This document shows, one piece after another, positions 25,605 to 34,994 of a stretch of DNA of 64,000 bases. Position 1 is the stretch's first letter. Each line of letters begins with the position of its first letter. Position numbers and translations under genes: made by a program. This stretch comes from Candidatus Amesbacteria bacterium (GTDB lineage Bacteria > Patescibacteriota > Microgenomatia > CAZETR01 > Amesbacteraceae), in the NCBI GenBank assembly GCA_027371535.1, contig DAHXMV010000002.1:67494-131493 (forward strand), written 5' to 3'. The notes under the pieces were generated by a model. It searched no databases. It was not told where the DNA came from and saw nothing but the letters and a program-made list of their open reading frames with translations.

Positions 25605-28495
25605 TTCCGGTCGAGGCCGCATAATATCTGATAATCACAGTGACCCTGACAAATCAGGGAATTGGAACAGCGGAAATCGGATCCAACAATTTCGTCGGCA
25701 CAGGAAATAATCTCCTGTCTGGCGGCTTCCAACTGAGCAACGGTCTGACAAACCGAGACGGTTTGCTGGTTTTCAAAATAATACAGAGAGAGCCGGACAT
25801 GATCCGGGGTTTTATTAAATATCGGAGTCTTTAAAAGCGTTGCTGCCAGGGCGTAATAAGATAACTGCAGATCCACGGCAGCTTCTTTTACCGTCAGCTG
25901 GCGGGGGCTGGTTTTATAATCGACGATTTCAATGTCGCCACCCGGAAGGAGATTTACGCGGTCAATTTTACCGCCGATTTTTATTTTGTCAGTCAAAGGG
26001 ATGGTAAAGGATTCTTCCAATAAAACCGGGTTGATTTTAGCCATATCCGATTTTAAATATTGATTTAGAAATTCCACCCCCCGGTTAAAATACCCTTGGG
26101 CATGACGGGCGTTATGATAACCTTCAGGGGTCCAGCAATGGCTGAAGATATCCTGAATATCCGGTTTCTCACCCCGGCGTAAATTTTCGTGATATATTTT
26201 CATGGTCTGGTGAATAGTATTGCCAAAGCTGGAAGCGGCGGATGGCGGAGAGGCAATTTTAAAAATATATTTGGCCTTGTAATGCAACGGGCAGTCTCTG
26301 AAAGTCCGTATCTGGGAATAGCTGAGATAGTCAACTTTAACCGGTAATTTTTGAATCTGGCGCGACTGACCGGAATTAAAATGAGGCTTATCCCAATCAA
26401 GAAGCGACATTTGTTTTCGGGCAGCGGCGTTAGCATCCGGCGGGTTCTCCCCCAGAGCTTCAAAAACAAAGGGGGAAATTTTTTTGGCCCGTTTTCCCTC
26501 ACCATAAAAATCGGAAGCGGTTAAAAATAACCTGTTTTTGGCCCGGGTCATACCGACATAGAAGAGACGTCTTTCTTCTTCCAGGTGATAATCACCTACG
26601 GGAAGCGTTTCTTTTATTAAAGCTTCAGGAATAGGCAGTTGCTCCTTTTTTTCAACAGTGGGAAACCTCTGGGATACCAGATTGGCCAGAAATACCACCG
26701 GGAATTCCAAACCCTTGGCGGAATGGACGGTCAAAATATTGACTGCATTGTTCTCCGTCCAATCGGCGTTGGCGGCTGCCGGGGATTCGCCGACTTCGTA
26801 AGACAGATCAATCCAGTCCAAAACAGCGGGAATTGAAGCATCCTGATTTTGGGATTCGAAACTTTTGAGTTTATTAAAAAAGAGGTTAATGTTACCGGCA
26901 ATTTTTTCATCGATAGGTAATTTATAATCCAAAATCGACTTGAGCATGCCCGTATCCTGTAAAAAATAGAACAGGATCTGACCCGCTGATTCCTTAACAA
27001 TCAAGCTGATGTGGCGGTTAATAATTTCAACCAGCCGGGAAATCCGGGTGAGGGTGGTTTCCGATATGGGTAAATTAAAATCCCGAAGGTGTTCGCAGAC
27101 GGTAAAAAGCGGCTGATTTTGCTTTCCGGCAAAATTTAATACAGTCACCAGATCCTTGACCGGTAAGTCAAAAAAAGCAATGGAAAGAACCCGAAACAGT
27201 GAGCCGGTATCGGTGTAATCCCGGATAACGTTTAAGTAAGCGAGCAGATCCTTAATTTCCGGCTGATCAAAAAGATTACCGGGACCTAAAAACTGGTAAG
27301 GAATACCAAACCGGGAAAGACTGGTGATAAAAGGCAGGGCATGAGCGTTGGCCCTGACAAGGACGGAAAAATCACGCGACTGATAATTTTCGGAGGCCAT
27401 AAGTTCCCTAATTTTTTGTGAGACACTGTCGGCTTCATTTTCCACCCGATCAGAATGCAGATATTCGGGGGCAGCGCCCGTAAAGGAGGAGACAGACACC
27501 AGATGTTTATCGATGTGTTCTTTGACTTCCAAACGATCAGGGTTATTGTTTTGGATAAGTTTATAAGCGGCGTCAAGGATTTTTTGACCGGAACGGTAGT
27601 TTTTGGTGAGGACAACAATTTTGGCATCAGGGTAAGTGTTTCTAAAATCGATGACATTGCTGACTGCTGCTCCACGCCAACGATAGATAGATTGATCGTC
27701 GTCGGCAACGACGGTCAGATTCCTTTCCCGGCCGGCGAGTAAATTTACCAACTGATTCTGGGCGAAATTGGTGTCCTGATATTCATCCACCAGGAGATAT
27801 TTAAATTTTTCCCGGTATTTTTTCAGAATATTGGGCCGGGTCCGGAACAACTTTAAGGTGAATAAAACCAAATCCGCGAAATCCAGATAATTTGCCTTAA
27901 TTTTTGATTGCTGAAAATATTCATAAACTTTTGCCAATTCCAAATACTGTTCCCGATTTAATTTCTGTTCATCCGATCCTACATCTTTATATTCACGCCC
28001 TATCCATTCCCGGTAAGATTCCGGTAAGACGTCTTCATCCCGCAGGCGATCAAAGTGCTGGAGCAGGCCGGAAATAAATTTTGTGGGGTTTCCCAACGGC
28101 CGGAAATAATTTAAATCCAAATCAAAAAGTTTAGTACGAAGCAAGGCCACAATGTCCGTAGCCAAAATTAATTTATAGTCAGGGTTTAAGCCGATATGCA
28201 GACCATCGTCTCTCAATACCCGGTCACAAAAGGAGTGAAAAGTCATGGTCCACAACTGGGTAAACCCGTAGGGCAGGGCGACGTCAACCCGCTCTTCCAT
28301 TTCACGGGCGGCTTTCTCAGTGAACGTCAGAGCCAAAATTTCTTGAGGCTCGGCTAAACCATCGGCAATCAATCTTTTTATCCGTTCGGTGATGACGGTG
28401 GTTTTCCCGGTTCCGGCACCGGCAATTATCAGCAAAGGGCCTGAGGCATGATTGACGGCCTGAAGCTGTTCACGATTTAGTTTGGTATCTGACAC
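25601..28495 (-). CDS. UvrD-like helicase fused to a C-terminal PD-(D/E)XK (RecB/Cas4-like) nuclease with a 4-Cys cluster
   Basis: N-terminal LNREQLQAVNHASGPLLIIAGAGTGKTT, VDEYQDTN, TVHSAKGLEF, YVGMTRA. C-terminal CPLHYKAKY…DYKT…CSNSLICQGHCDYQILC. GTG start at 28495 proposed; the longest ATG ORF (28615) would overlap rnhB. Confidence 0.75.
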   Translation of the reverse strand: MSDTKLNREQLQAVNHASGPLLIIAGAGTGKTTVITERIKRLIADGLAEPQEILALTFTEKAAREMEERVDVALPYGFTQLWTMTFHSFCDRVLRDDGLHIGLNPDYKLILATDIVALLRTKLFDLDLNYFRPLGNPTKFISGLLQHFDRLRDEDVLPESYREWIGREYKDVGSDEQKLNREQYLELAKVYEYFQQSKIKANYLDFADLVLFTLKLFRTRPNILKKYREKFKYLLVDEYQDTNFAQNQLVNLLAGRERNLTVVADDDQSIYRWRGAAVSNVIDFRNTYPDAKIVVLTKNYRSGQKILDAAYKLIQNNNPDRLEVKEHIDKHLVSVSSFTGAAPEYLHSDRVENEADSVSQKIRELMASENYQSRDFSVLVRANAHALPFITSLSRFGIPYQFLGPGNLFDQPEIKDLLAYLNVIRDYTDTGSLFRVLSIAFFDLPVKDLVTVLNFAGKQNQPLFTVCEHLRDFNLPISETTLTRISRLVEIINRHISLIVKESAGQILFYFLQDTGMLKSILDYKLPIDEKIAGNINLFFNKLKSFESQNQDASIPAVLDWIDLSYEVGESPAAANADWTENNAVNILTVHSAKGLEFPVVFLANLVSQRFPTVEKKEQLPIPEALIKETLPVGDYHLEEERRLFYVGMTRAKNRLFLTASDFYGEGKRAKKISPFVFEALGENPPDANAAARKQMSLLDWDKPHFNSGQSRQIQKLPVKVDYLSYSQIRTFRDCPLHYKAKYIFKIASPPSAASSFGNTIHQTMKIYHENLRRGEKPDIQDIFSHCWTPEGYHNARHAQGYFNRGVEFLNQYLKSDMAKINPVLLEESFTIPLTDKIKIGGKIDRVNLLPGGDIEIVDYKTSPRQLTVKEAAVDLQLSYYALAATLLKTPIFNKTPDHVRLSLYYFENQQTVSVCQTVAQLEAARQEIISCADEIVGSDFRCSNSLICQGHCDYQILCGLDRN

Positions 28496-28531
28496 AAGGA
28501 AGATTGTACCACCGGGTGTTATGATTGCCCC

Positions 28532-29089
28532 ATGAAAATCTGCGGTCTGGATGAGGCAGGAAGAGGACCTCTCGCCGGACCGTTGGTGGCAGCGGCCATA
28601 ATACTCAATCCTCAATGCTCAATATTCAATTTTAAAGATTCTAAAAAGTTAAGCGAGAAACAAAGAGAAGATTTATTTAATAAAATTGTCTGTTCGGGTG
28701 CAGTATTCAAAACGGAGATAATTTCCACCAGGCAAATAAATAACCGGGGAATGGGATGGGCAAATAAGGAAATTTTTAAAAGGCTGATAAAGATACTAGA
28801 AGCCGATAAATATATTGTAGACGGAAACTTAAAAATAAAAGTCAGAAATAAAAATGTCAAAAGTGTTATCGACGCAGATGCTTCAAGAAAATGCGTTATG
28901 GCAGCATCGGTAATTGCCAAGGTGACCAGGGACAAATTAATGAGACAGCTGCATAATGAATATCCAAATTACGGATGGGAAAAGAATATGGGTTACGGAA
29001 CTAAAATCCATATAGAAGCGATCAGGAAATACGGGGCCGTGAAATACCACCGCGACGTATATGTGACAACCGCGTTAAACAATTCATAA
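28532..29089 (+). CDS. rnhB: Ribonuclease HII
   Basis: MKICGLDEAGRGPLAGPLVAAAIIL…DSKKLS…ASVIAKVTRD. Confidence 0.88.
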   Translation: MKICGLDEAGRGPLAGPLVAAAIILNPQCSIFNFKDSKKLSEKQREDLFNKIVCSGAVFKTEIISTRQINNRGMGWANKEIFKRLIKILEADKYIVDGNLKIKVRNKNVKSVIDADASRKCVMAASVIAKVTRDKLMRQLHNEYPNYGWEKNMGYGTKIHIEAIRKYGAVKYHRDVYVTTALNNS

Positions 29090-29091
29090 AT

Positions 29092-29532
29092 ATGGATCAC
29101 GTGGCAATAATGAGAAAATCCATGGGGCTATTACCCAAGATTATTAACGGAGAAAAAACAATCGAGTCCAGGTGGAGTACCAGACGGAATGAACCATGGA
29201 GGAAAGTCAAGACCGGGGACAAAATTTATTTTAAGAATTCCGGAGAAAAAGTATCGGCCGTGGCAGAGGTAAATTATATAAAAATTTTCCAAAGCAACCC
29301 GAAATATACATGGCATGTATTAACAAACAGAAAGGATACGATTAAAAAACTGGGGGTCGAAGATTTAAACGTCTTTTACGGATCAGTCAAAGATAAAAAG
29401 TGGGGAGGATTATTCGGCCTAAAAAATGTCAGAAGGGTAAAACCGTTTCAAATTAACAAAAGAGGGTTTGGGAACATGGCAGCGTGGATAAGTTTGGATA
29501 ATATAAAGAAAATTGCTATACTCAGGACATGA
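29092..29532 (+). CDS. ASCH-domain (PUA-like) protein
   Basis: IINGEKTIESRW matches the ASCH GxKTxExR core. ~140 aa. 3-bp gap after rnhB. Confidence 0.5.
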   Translation: MDHVAIMRKSMGLLPKIINGEKTIESRWSTRRNEPWRKVKTGDKIYFKNSGEKVSAVAEVNYIKIFQSNPKYTWHVLTNRKDTIKKLGVEDLNVFYGSVKDKKWGGLFGLKNVRRVKPFQINKRGFGNMAAWISLDNIKKIAILRT

Positions 29533-30281
29533 AAACGGAACCCGTTCTGGAAGCTTTTGAATGGCTGGTCAAAGATAAATTGGCCGCTCTGCCTGAATTG
29601 TCAGATATGCGGAAAACTTGGAACGAAAAATATGCTATACAAACGATTGTTTCATATATATCTGTATTGGAAAGATTAGCCAGTTTGAACAAACGTGATT
29701 TGGAGATTATTGATGAGGCGAACAGAAGATGCATCCAGAAAAAAGTCGAATTTGGTTCGGCGTCCAAAGTAGATGTAAATATATTTGTTCAAAGAATCGG
29801 CTCCGATACACAAAGACGTATGGCTGATACTTTTTTAGATAATTTATATATGAAATCCAGATTATTTTTGAAAGCGGCTGAGGATCTAAGGTTAAGAATG
29901 GAAAAAGGCCATGAGTTGTCTTTAAAAGGCGTAGAGAGGATGGATGGAGCTTCCCCCGAAGTAGATTATTCCATCTGGGGATTCACAAGAGGAATGAAAA
30001 CCAAAGCAATGGTACATTTTATTTTTTGTCACCTGTTAGAAAGGCTGTCGGTGCAGATACTGAGCAACCACCCCAATAAAGAAGTCGGGGAAATGATATT
30101 GCACAAGGATTATTTCAGAAACGCCATGGGTGAAACAATAAGGTTGATGATTGCGGAAAATCAGGCTGATAAAGAAATGGCTCATTTGTGGGGGACCCCC
30201 AGAGAGCAGGGAGGATTACAATGGCACAGAGATGAAAGACGCCAAAAAATCTTCAAGCAGGTCTTGGAAGATATGGGTTAA
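29529..30281 (+). CDS. Hypothetical alpha-helical protein (250 aa), no recognisable domain
   Basis: Overlaps the ASCH stop by 4 bp. Low GC. Contains R-x4-H (RMEKGH) and several R/K-rich helices. Confidence 0.45.
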   Translation: MKTEPVLEAFEWLVKDKLAALPELSDMRKTWNEKYAIQTIVSYISVLERLASLNKRDLEIIDEANRRCIQKKVEFGSASKVDVNIFVQRIGSDTQRRMADTFLDNLYMKSRLFLKAAEDLRLRMEKGHELSLKGVERMDGASPEVDYSIWGFTRGMKTKAMVHFIFCHLLERLSVQILSNHPNKEVGEMILHKDYFRNAMGETIRLMIAENQADKEMAHLWGTPREQGGLQWHRDERRQKIFKQVLEDMG

Positions 30282-31277
30282 TTAAATATAAAAGTTGCGC
30301 TCCCAGGAGTGATTTTTGAGTTCGGAAAGGAGCGCGGGGGGTAATTTACGACCGTCGGAAACAGAAATATTGGTATCCACATAGGAAGTTTTGCGCATAC
30401 CGGGTATAACGGTAGAGACTTCCGGCCAGGACAAAATATATCTCAGAGCAAATTGAGTCAAAGACTGTGAATCAGGGATCAGAGTTTTGAGAGCATCAGT
30501 GCGTTTGACTAATTCGGCAAGGCGGGGCTCCCTAAAATAATGATTTCGAAAATCCGCGGAAGGTAATTTGGTGTTTTGGGAAAATTTGCCGGTGAGACCG
30601 CCTTCGTCCAACGGGACCCGGGCAATTAAACCAATATTATTTTTGGCGGCATACGGCAAAAGCGTTTCCGTGGGTTTTTGGTGAAAAATATTGAATATAA
30701 ACTGAACAGCGGAAATCAGGCCGGTATCCAAGGTTTTAAGGCAATTATCCGGCTGGTAATCGTTGACGGAAATACCCCAGAAGCGGACTTTTCCCGACTT
30801 TATTATTTTCTGAACAGCCGATTTCCAGGCATCGTCTTCGACGAAATAATCCTGCCAGACATGAAACTGCATGAGGTCCAGATAATCCGTGTTTAGGTCA
30901 CGCAAAGTGTCGTCGACGCAGGAGGCGATCCAGTCCGGAGGAAAAACTTCGGAGACGGGAACACCGGGCAGTGCGGGCCAGTGCATATTTTTGGGAGGAA
31001 CTTTGGAAGCGATAATCAACTTATTTCTTAATTTAGATTCAGCCAGAAATTTACCAATTAATTCATGGGAGTAGCGGTGTCCGGTTTTACCGACATATCC
31101 ATAAATCCAGGCGGAATCGATAAAGTTGCCTCCCATATCGACAAAATGGGCCAGGGCCTTCAGACTTTCATTTTCGTCCGGATCGGTCCACATATCCCCG
31201 CCTCTAGCCAATTGCCAGGTACCAATACCGACTTCGGAAACTTTAAGATTGGTTTTACCCAGGGTGCGATAAAGCAT
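30282..31277 (-). CDS. Aldo/keto reductase family oxidoreductase
   Basis: MLYRTLGKTNLKVSEVGIGTWQL…IDSAWIYGY is the AKR N-terminal signature. Confidence 0.8.
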   Translation of the reverse strand: MLYRTLGKTNLKVSEVGIGTWQLARGGDMWTDPDENESLKALAHFVDMGGNFIDSAWIYGYVGKTGHRYSHELIGKFLAESKLRNKLIIASKVPPKNMHWPALPGVPVSEVFPPDWIASCVDDTLRDLNTDYLDLMQFHVWQDYFVEDDAWKSAVQKIIKSGKVRFWGISVNDYQPDNCLKTLDTGLISAVQFIFNIFHQKPTETLLPYAAKNNIGLIARVPLDEGGLTGKFSQNTKLPSADFRNHYFREPRLAELVKRTDALKTLIPDSQSLTQFALRYILSWPEVSTVIPGMRKTSYVDTNISVSDGRKLPPALLSELKNHSWERNFYI

Positions 31278-31513
31278 TACGACTATTTTACATCAGGATG
31301 CAAATAACGCAGCCTTAAAGATTCCGGGGATCTTTCGATGGCATAGCACGGGGTAGTTCCGGGAACTGATAAACCAGAATCTGCAGAACCATGGAACGTT
31401 TCCCGCGGTATGGGAAAGAATCAATCCCCGGATATCAGACAGGGGTAAATCCTAATATTTTTCGGAAGTCCGGCGCATTTTGGGAGTAGTCTGACTTAAA
31501 AAATATTTCAAAG

Positions 31514-32086
31514 TCAGAGGTGACTTCTTAATTTCTCAGCTAACGGATCCGAAGTGCAGAACTGGAGCGTACCCCTTTCGGCACGATCTATATTGGGTAT
31601 TCCGTACAGGTGATCATACTCGTGCTGAACCAGCCTGGCCTCGAGGCCGGAAAACTCCTGCCGGACCAATTTGCCGGTTTCGTCTTTCCATTCCAGATTG
31701 ACCGTTTCCGGACGTTTAACATCCGGCCAAACAAAGCCACAACTGAGGCAAAGTTCCCGACAGTAATTTCCGCGAACCGAACGGGAAATGATTTTCGGAT
31801 TAAGATAACTTTTAATCTTGCCGTCAAGGAAAGTCACGAACACGGACTTGTCGATACCTATCTGGGGAGCCGCCAATCCCCTGCCGAAGCCGGTAATTTT
31901 CCGATACCGGATAAGAATTTTTCCCAATTTACCGCTAATTGATAAACCGTCTTTAAGATTGACGGGGGAGGTCTTTTTTCTAAGTATCGGGTCACCGAGA
32001 TAAGTAAATTCAGGAATCTGATCCAAAAGTTTAAGAAACAGCAGAATGTTCTTTTTAAGCTCTCTTTTAGAAGGTGCCTGAGTCAC
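31514..32086 (-). CDS. def: Peptide deformylase
   Basis: GRGLAAPQIG, ELCLSCG (EGCLS variant) and QHEYDHLYG (HExxH) motifs. Confidence 0.85.
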   Translation of the reverse strand: MTQAPSKRELKKNILLFLKLLDQIPEFTYLGDPILRKKTSPVNLKDGLSISGKLGKILIRYRKITGFGRGLAAPQIGIDKSVFVTFLDGKIKSYLNPKIISRSVRGNYCRELCLSCGFVWPDVKRPETVNLEWKDETGKLVRQEFSGLEARLVQHEYDHLYGIPNIDRAERGTLQFCTSDPLAEKLRSHL

Positions 32087-32134
32087 ACAGGTATAATAAC
32101 ATGAATTAGGTTTTTGACCAGTTAGGGATATTAC

Positions 32135-33067
32135 TTAAGGAAGAGTTTTATTTTCAGAGTCAGTTCCAGACAGGCGGTGGGTGCGGGCAAGCTTTTGACC
32201 GAGGGAATTAAACTCCACAGAGACGTGATCCATCTGATGATAGGCATTGGTTAGGTGGCGGTTTAAAACTGAAAGATTTTCATCCACCTTCTGGTAATCC
32301 TTATGAATAGCCTGTAAAAGAGCCATTAAGCTCCTGGTTTTTTCCTGAAGAGATTTACCCTGGTAGGAGGTCAGAATGACCTGCAAATGGGCAGAAAAAG
32401 TCGAAGGAGAGACGGGGTAAACACGGTAGTCACGGGCCGATTGCATTATTTCTTCCGAATTGACCACCTCATAGTAGACAGATTCCGAGGGAACGAACAT
32501 CAGCGCAAAATCCATGGTCTCTTCTTCGGGAAGAATATATTTCCGGGAAATATCGCTGATGTGTTTTTTAACATCGGTTATAAAATCTTTTTTAGCCTGA
32601 TTTCTGACCTGTTCAGTGTCACCTTTAATCTGCAGATTAAAATTTGACAGCGGGAATTTAGAGTCAATACACAATAAACCGGCATCAGTTTTGATAACGG
32701 CGTCGACTTTGACCCCGGATTTGAAACCATACTGGAAATGGAAGGAATTTTTCGGAAAACTCTGACCGATCATATCCTGCATCACCTGCTCACCGATACC
32801 GCCGCGCAATTTAGGACTTTGAAGAAAATCCTGCAGGGATTTGATGCCCCTCCCAACTTCGGACATTTCGCCCAAATTCTTGGAAACCTGGGCCATTAAT
32901 GATGATGCCGAATCTAAACGGTCGTTAATCTGCCCGGTAGATGACTTTAGCCATTCGATGAGGGTGGTATCAGGGTTTTTGACACTTAACCAATTACGAA
33001 TAATGAGAAGGGTAACTATAAACCCTAAAATGATTACTGTTAAAATAAGAATGAGAATGTAGGTCAT
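32135..33067 (-). CDS. rmuC: DNA recombination protein RmuC
   Basis: N-terminal TM, coiled coil, and FALMFVPSESVYYEV in the C-terminal RmuC domain. Confidence 0.7.
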   Translation of the reverse strand: MTYILILILTVIILGFIVTLLIIRNWLSVKNPDTTLIEWLKSSTGQINDRLDSASSLMAQVSKNLGEMSEVGRGIKSLQDFLQSPKLRGGIGEQVMQDMIGQSFPKNSFHFQYGFKSGVKVDAVIKTDAGLLCIDSKFPLSNFNLQIKGDTEQVRNQAKKDFITDVKKHISDISRKYILPEEETMDFALMFVPSESVYYEVVNSEEIMQSARDYRVYPVSPSTFSAHLQVILTSYQGKSLQEKTRSLMALLQAIHKDYQKVDENLSVLNRHLTNAYHQMDHVSVEFNSLGQKLARTHRLSGTDSENKTLP

Positions 33068-33094
33068 GAGTAAAGACTACCCAAATAATTATAT

Positions 33095-33397
33095 ATGATT
33101 AGGAAAAGAAAAAATTTTAATTGGAGGATTATAGGCGGGGCGGGAGCAATAGTTTCAACGATATCACTTATCTGGTTTTGGGCTCCGGACGCCTGGTGGA
33201 AGGAAGCAGTTGTGCTGGCCGGATTCGGATCCGGAATCTTTTTAATTATCAGCCAGATGACAAAGAGAATGAAATGGGGGTGGATCTGTTCGGCCGGGAT
33301 ATTGAGTTTTTTAATCTTTAACAGGTGGGGAATGCTGGACATACTGACGGGTGTGCTGTTGATAATCATTGTGGGGTTGATATCTTTAATAAATTAA
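33095..33397 (+). CDS. Small membrane protein (100 aa, 3 TM)
   Basis: ORF with hydrophobic segments. Immediately upstream of the TrpR/YerC-like gene. Confidence 0.35.
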   Translation: MIRKRKNFNWRIIGGAGAIVSTISLIWFWAPDAWWKEAVVLAGFGSGIFLIISQMTKRMKWGWICSAGILSFLIFNRWGMLDILTGVLLIIIVGLISLIN

Positions 33398-33412
33398 AGT
33401 AGTATTTACGGC

Positions 33413-33766
33413 GTGCAGATATCTAAGGATAAGGTCAATAAAATTTTAGAAAAACAACTATCAGCTACTCTCTATCAGCTGATCACTGATATTAGGAACC
33501 CAAAAGAAGCTGAGCTGATTTTCACCCATATACTTTCGAAAACCGAAATGACAACGGTGATTAAGAGACTGGCCGTGGCATACTGGTTAACAAAAAAACG
33601 CAGTTATGAAGTTATTAAAGACAACCTGAAGGTGTCTTCCGCGACTATTGCCAGTATCCAGCAGGATTTAAAAAAACCCGGATGGCAAGCGGCAATTAGA
33701 AAGGTGCTGGCTGAAGAATGGGCTACCAAATGGGAAGAAAAAATTAATAGATTACTTAAAAGGTAA
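33413..33766 (+). CDS. TrpR-like YerC/YecD family DNA-binding protein
   Basis: 117 aa; …EMTTVIKRLAVAYWLTKKRSYEVIKDNLKVSSATIASIQ, a helix-turn-helix typical of YerC/YecD. Confidence 0.5.
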   Translation: MQISKDKVNKILEKQLSATLYQLITDIRNPKEAELIFTHILSKTEMTTVIKRLAVAYWLTKKRSYEVIKDNLKVSSATIASIQQDLKKPGWQAAIRKVLAEEWATKWEEKINRLLKR

Positions 33767-34958
33767 ACTGTCCGTTTTGATAGATCACCTTTTGCATACC
33801 GTTGGTAAGTAAGGCTGTAACCGTCCTGTCCTCTGTGGAAATAATGTCGGTGTGAATGGCGGAATTATTGAAACCCAGCCGGGCTTTTAAAACAGGAGTT
33901 AAAGTTTTCAGGTTACCGGTATAAGTATCGTCGTAGGCCGTTCCTAAAGCCAGGTGAGTATTACCAAAAGGACCGGAAATGTTCTCGTCAAAAAGGGTTT
34001 CGGCCATAAATCTGTCAATTTTTGACAGGCGTTTGTCCGTCAGAGAAAATTCACCTATTTTATCGGCGTTATCGACTTCCAACATGGCCTTTAAAACCCG
34101 ATAATTCTGATCGGCCGAACTTTTAATAACAATGCCGTCTTTAAAATCCAATTTAATGCCGGTGATTAAACTGCCATAGCGGTAGAGCGGCTGGTTAAAT
34201 TCAATGTGACCATTGGTGCCCCGCCAATCAGGCGAAGTAAAGACTTCAAAACTGGGAATGTTGCGGCCCGATCCACCCAGCCATTTTCTTTTTTCACCTA
34301 AAGTAATCCATAAATCTATTTTTCCAGCTTCGACATGAAGCTTTTCAATGGGTAATAAATTTATTTGTGAAAGGATTTCAGTATTTTTTTTAAATACTTC
34401 GCGCCATTTGGAAATAGGATCAGGTTCGTCCAGAAAACAGGCTCTTATGATCTGGTCCCAGTATTCTTTCAGAGTCATACCGGCTTCTTTGGCCATAGCT
34501 TCGGTGCCATATAAAGCTAATGTCCAGGTGAATTTACCGGCGTTTTCTTTGACATCCAGCCAGTCGCGGAACAGCTTTCTGGATTTCTGGGCCAGCATTA
34601 TTTTAGAAGGGTTGATACCCTCCAGCTCGTGCTTGTCAGTTTCAGATATAATCCCTATCGAATGATCTATCTCATCGGCCAAACCTTTAAAATATTTCCC
34701 GGGGAAAAATTTCAGTTCAGAATCGTCGGCTAATTCAAAATATGCCCGGTCAACGTTATCGGGATAGAAGCTGGTTATGGGATGGGCACCGGAACGTAAT
34801 AACTGGTTTCTTAAGGCCACATACAGCGGTTTGGCAGACTCGTTGACGATTAGTCTTACCACATCCCCCCTTTTTACACCTCTGCCGGAATTCAGGGCAA
34901 AATTTACCAAAACTTTGGCATAGTTATCCAGGATTTTCTGAGAAGGAGCGTATTCCAT
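33756..34958 (-). CDS. Aminopeptidase, M29 (AmpS/PepS) family
   Basis: MEYAPSQKILDNYAKVLVNFALNSGRGVKRGDVV is the M29 N-terminus; …HIEFNQPLYRYGSLITG… Start at 34958 chosen over the longest ORF (35102), which overlaps metG. Confidence 0.7.
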   Translation of the reverse strand: MEYAPSQKILDNYAKVLVNFALNSGRGVKRGDVVRLIVNESAKPLYVALRNQLLRSGAHPITSFYPDNVDRAYFELADDSELKFFPGKYFKGLADEIDHSIGIISETDKHELEGINPSKIMLAQKSRKLFRDWLDVKENAGKFTWTLALYGTEAMAKEAGMTLKEYWDQIIRACFLDEPDPISKWREVFKKNTEILSQINLLPIEKLHVEAGKIDLWITLGEKRKWLGGSGRNIPSFEVFTSPDWRGTNGHIEFNQPLYRYGSLITGIKLDFKDGIVIKSSADQNYRVLKAMLEVDNADKIGEFSLTDKRLSKIDRFMAETLFDENISGPFGNTHLALGTAYDDTYTGNLKTLTPVLKARLGFNNSAIHTDIISTEDRTVTALLTNGMQKVIYQNGQFTF

Positions 34959-34994
34959 GGGCAAAATTATACCTCTTTGAAGTAAAATAAGCTG

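Noticed and set aside
28590-28625. Reiterated (c)tcaat units (actcaatcctcaatgctcaatattcaat)
   Set aside because: It lies within rnhB coding sequence, in the region of the disputed helicase start. Probably a chance low-complexity stretch, and it is not a dyad.
31490-31518. 8-bp perfect hairpin tctgactt…aagtcaga spanning the def stop codon
   Set aside because: No U-tract follows on the def strand and the loop is 13 nt. Weak as a terminator, so not annotated.
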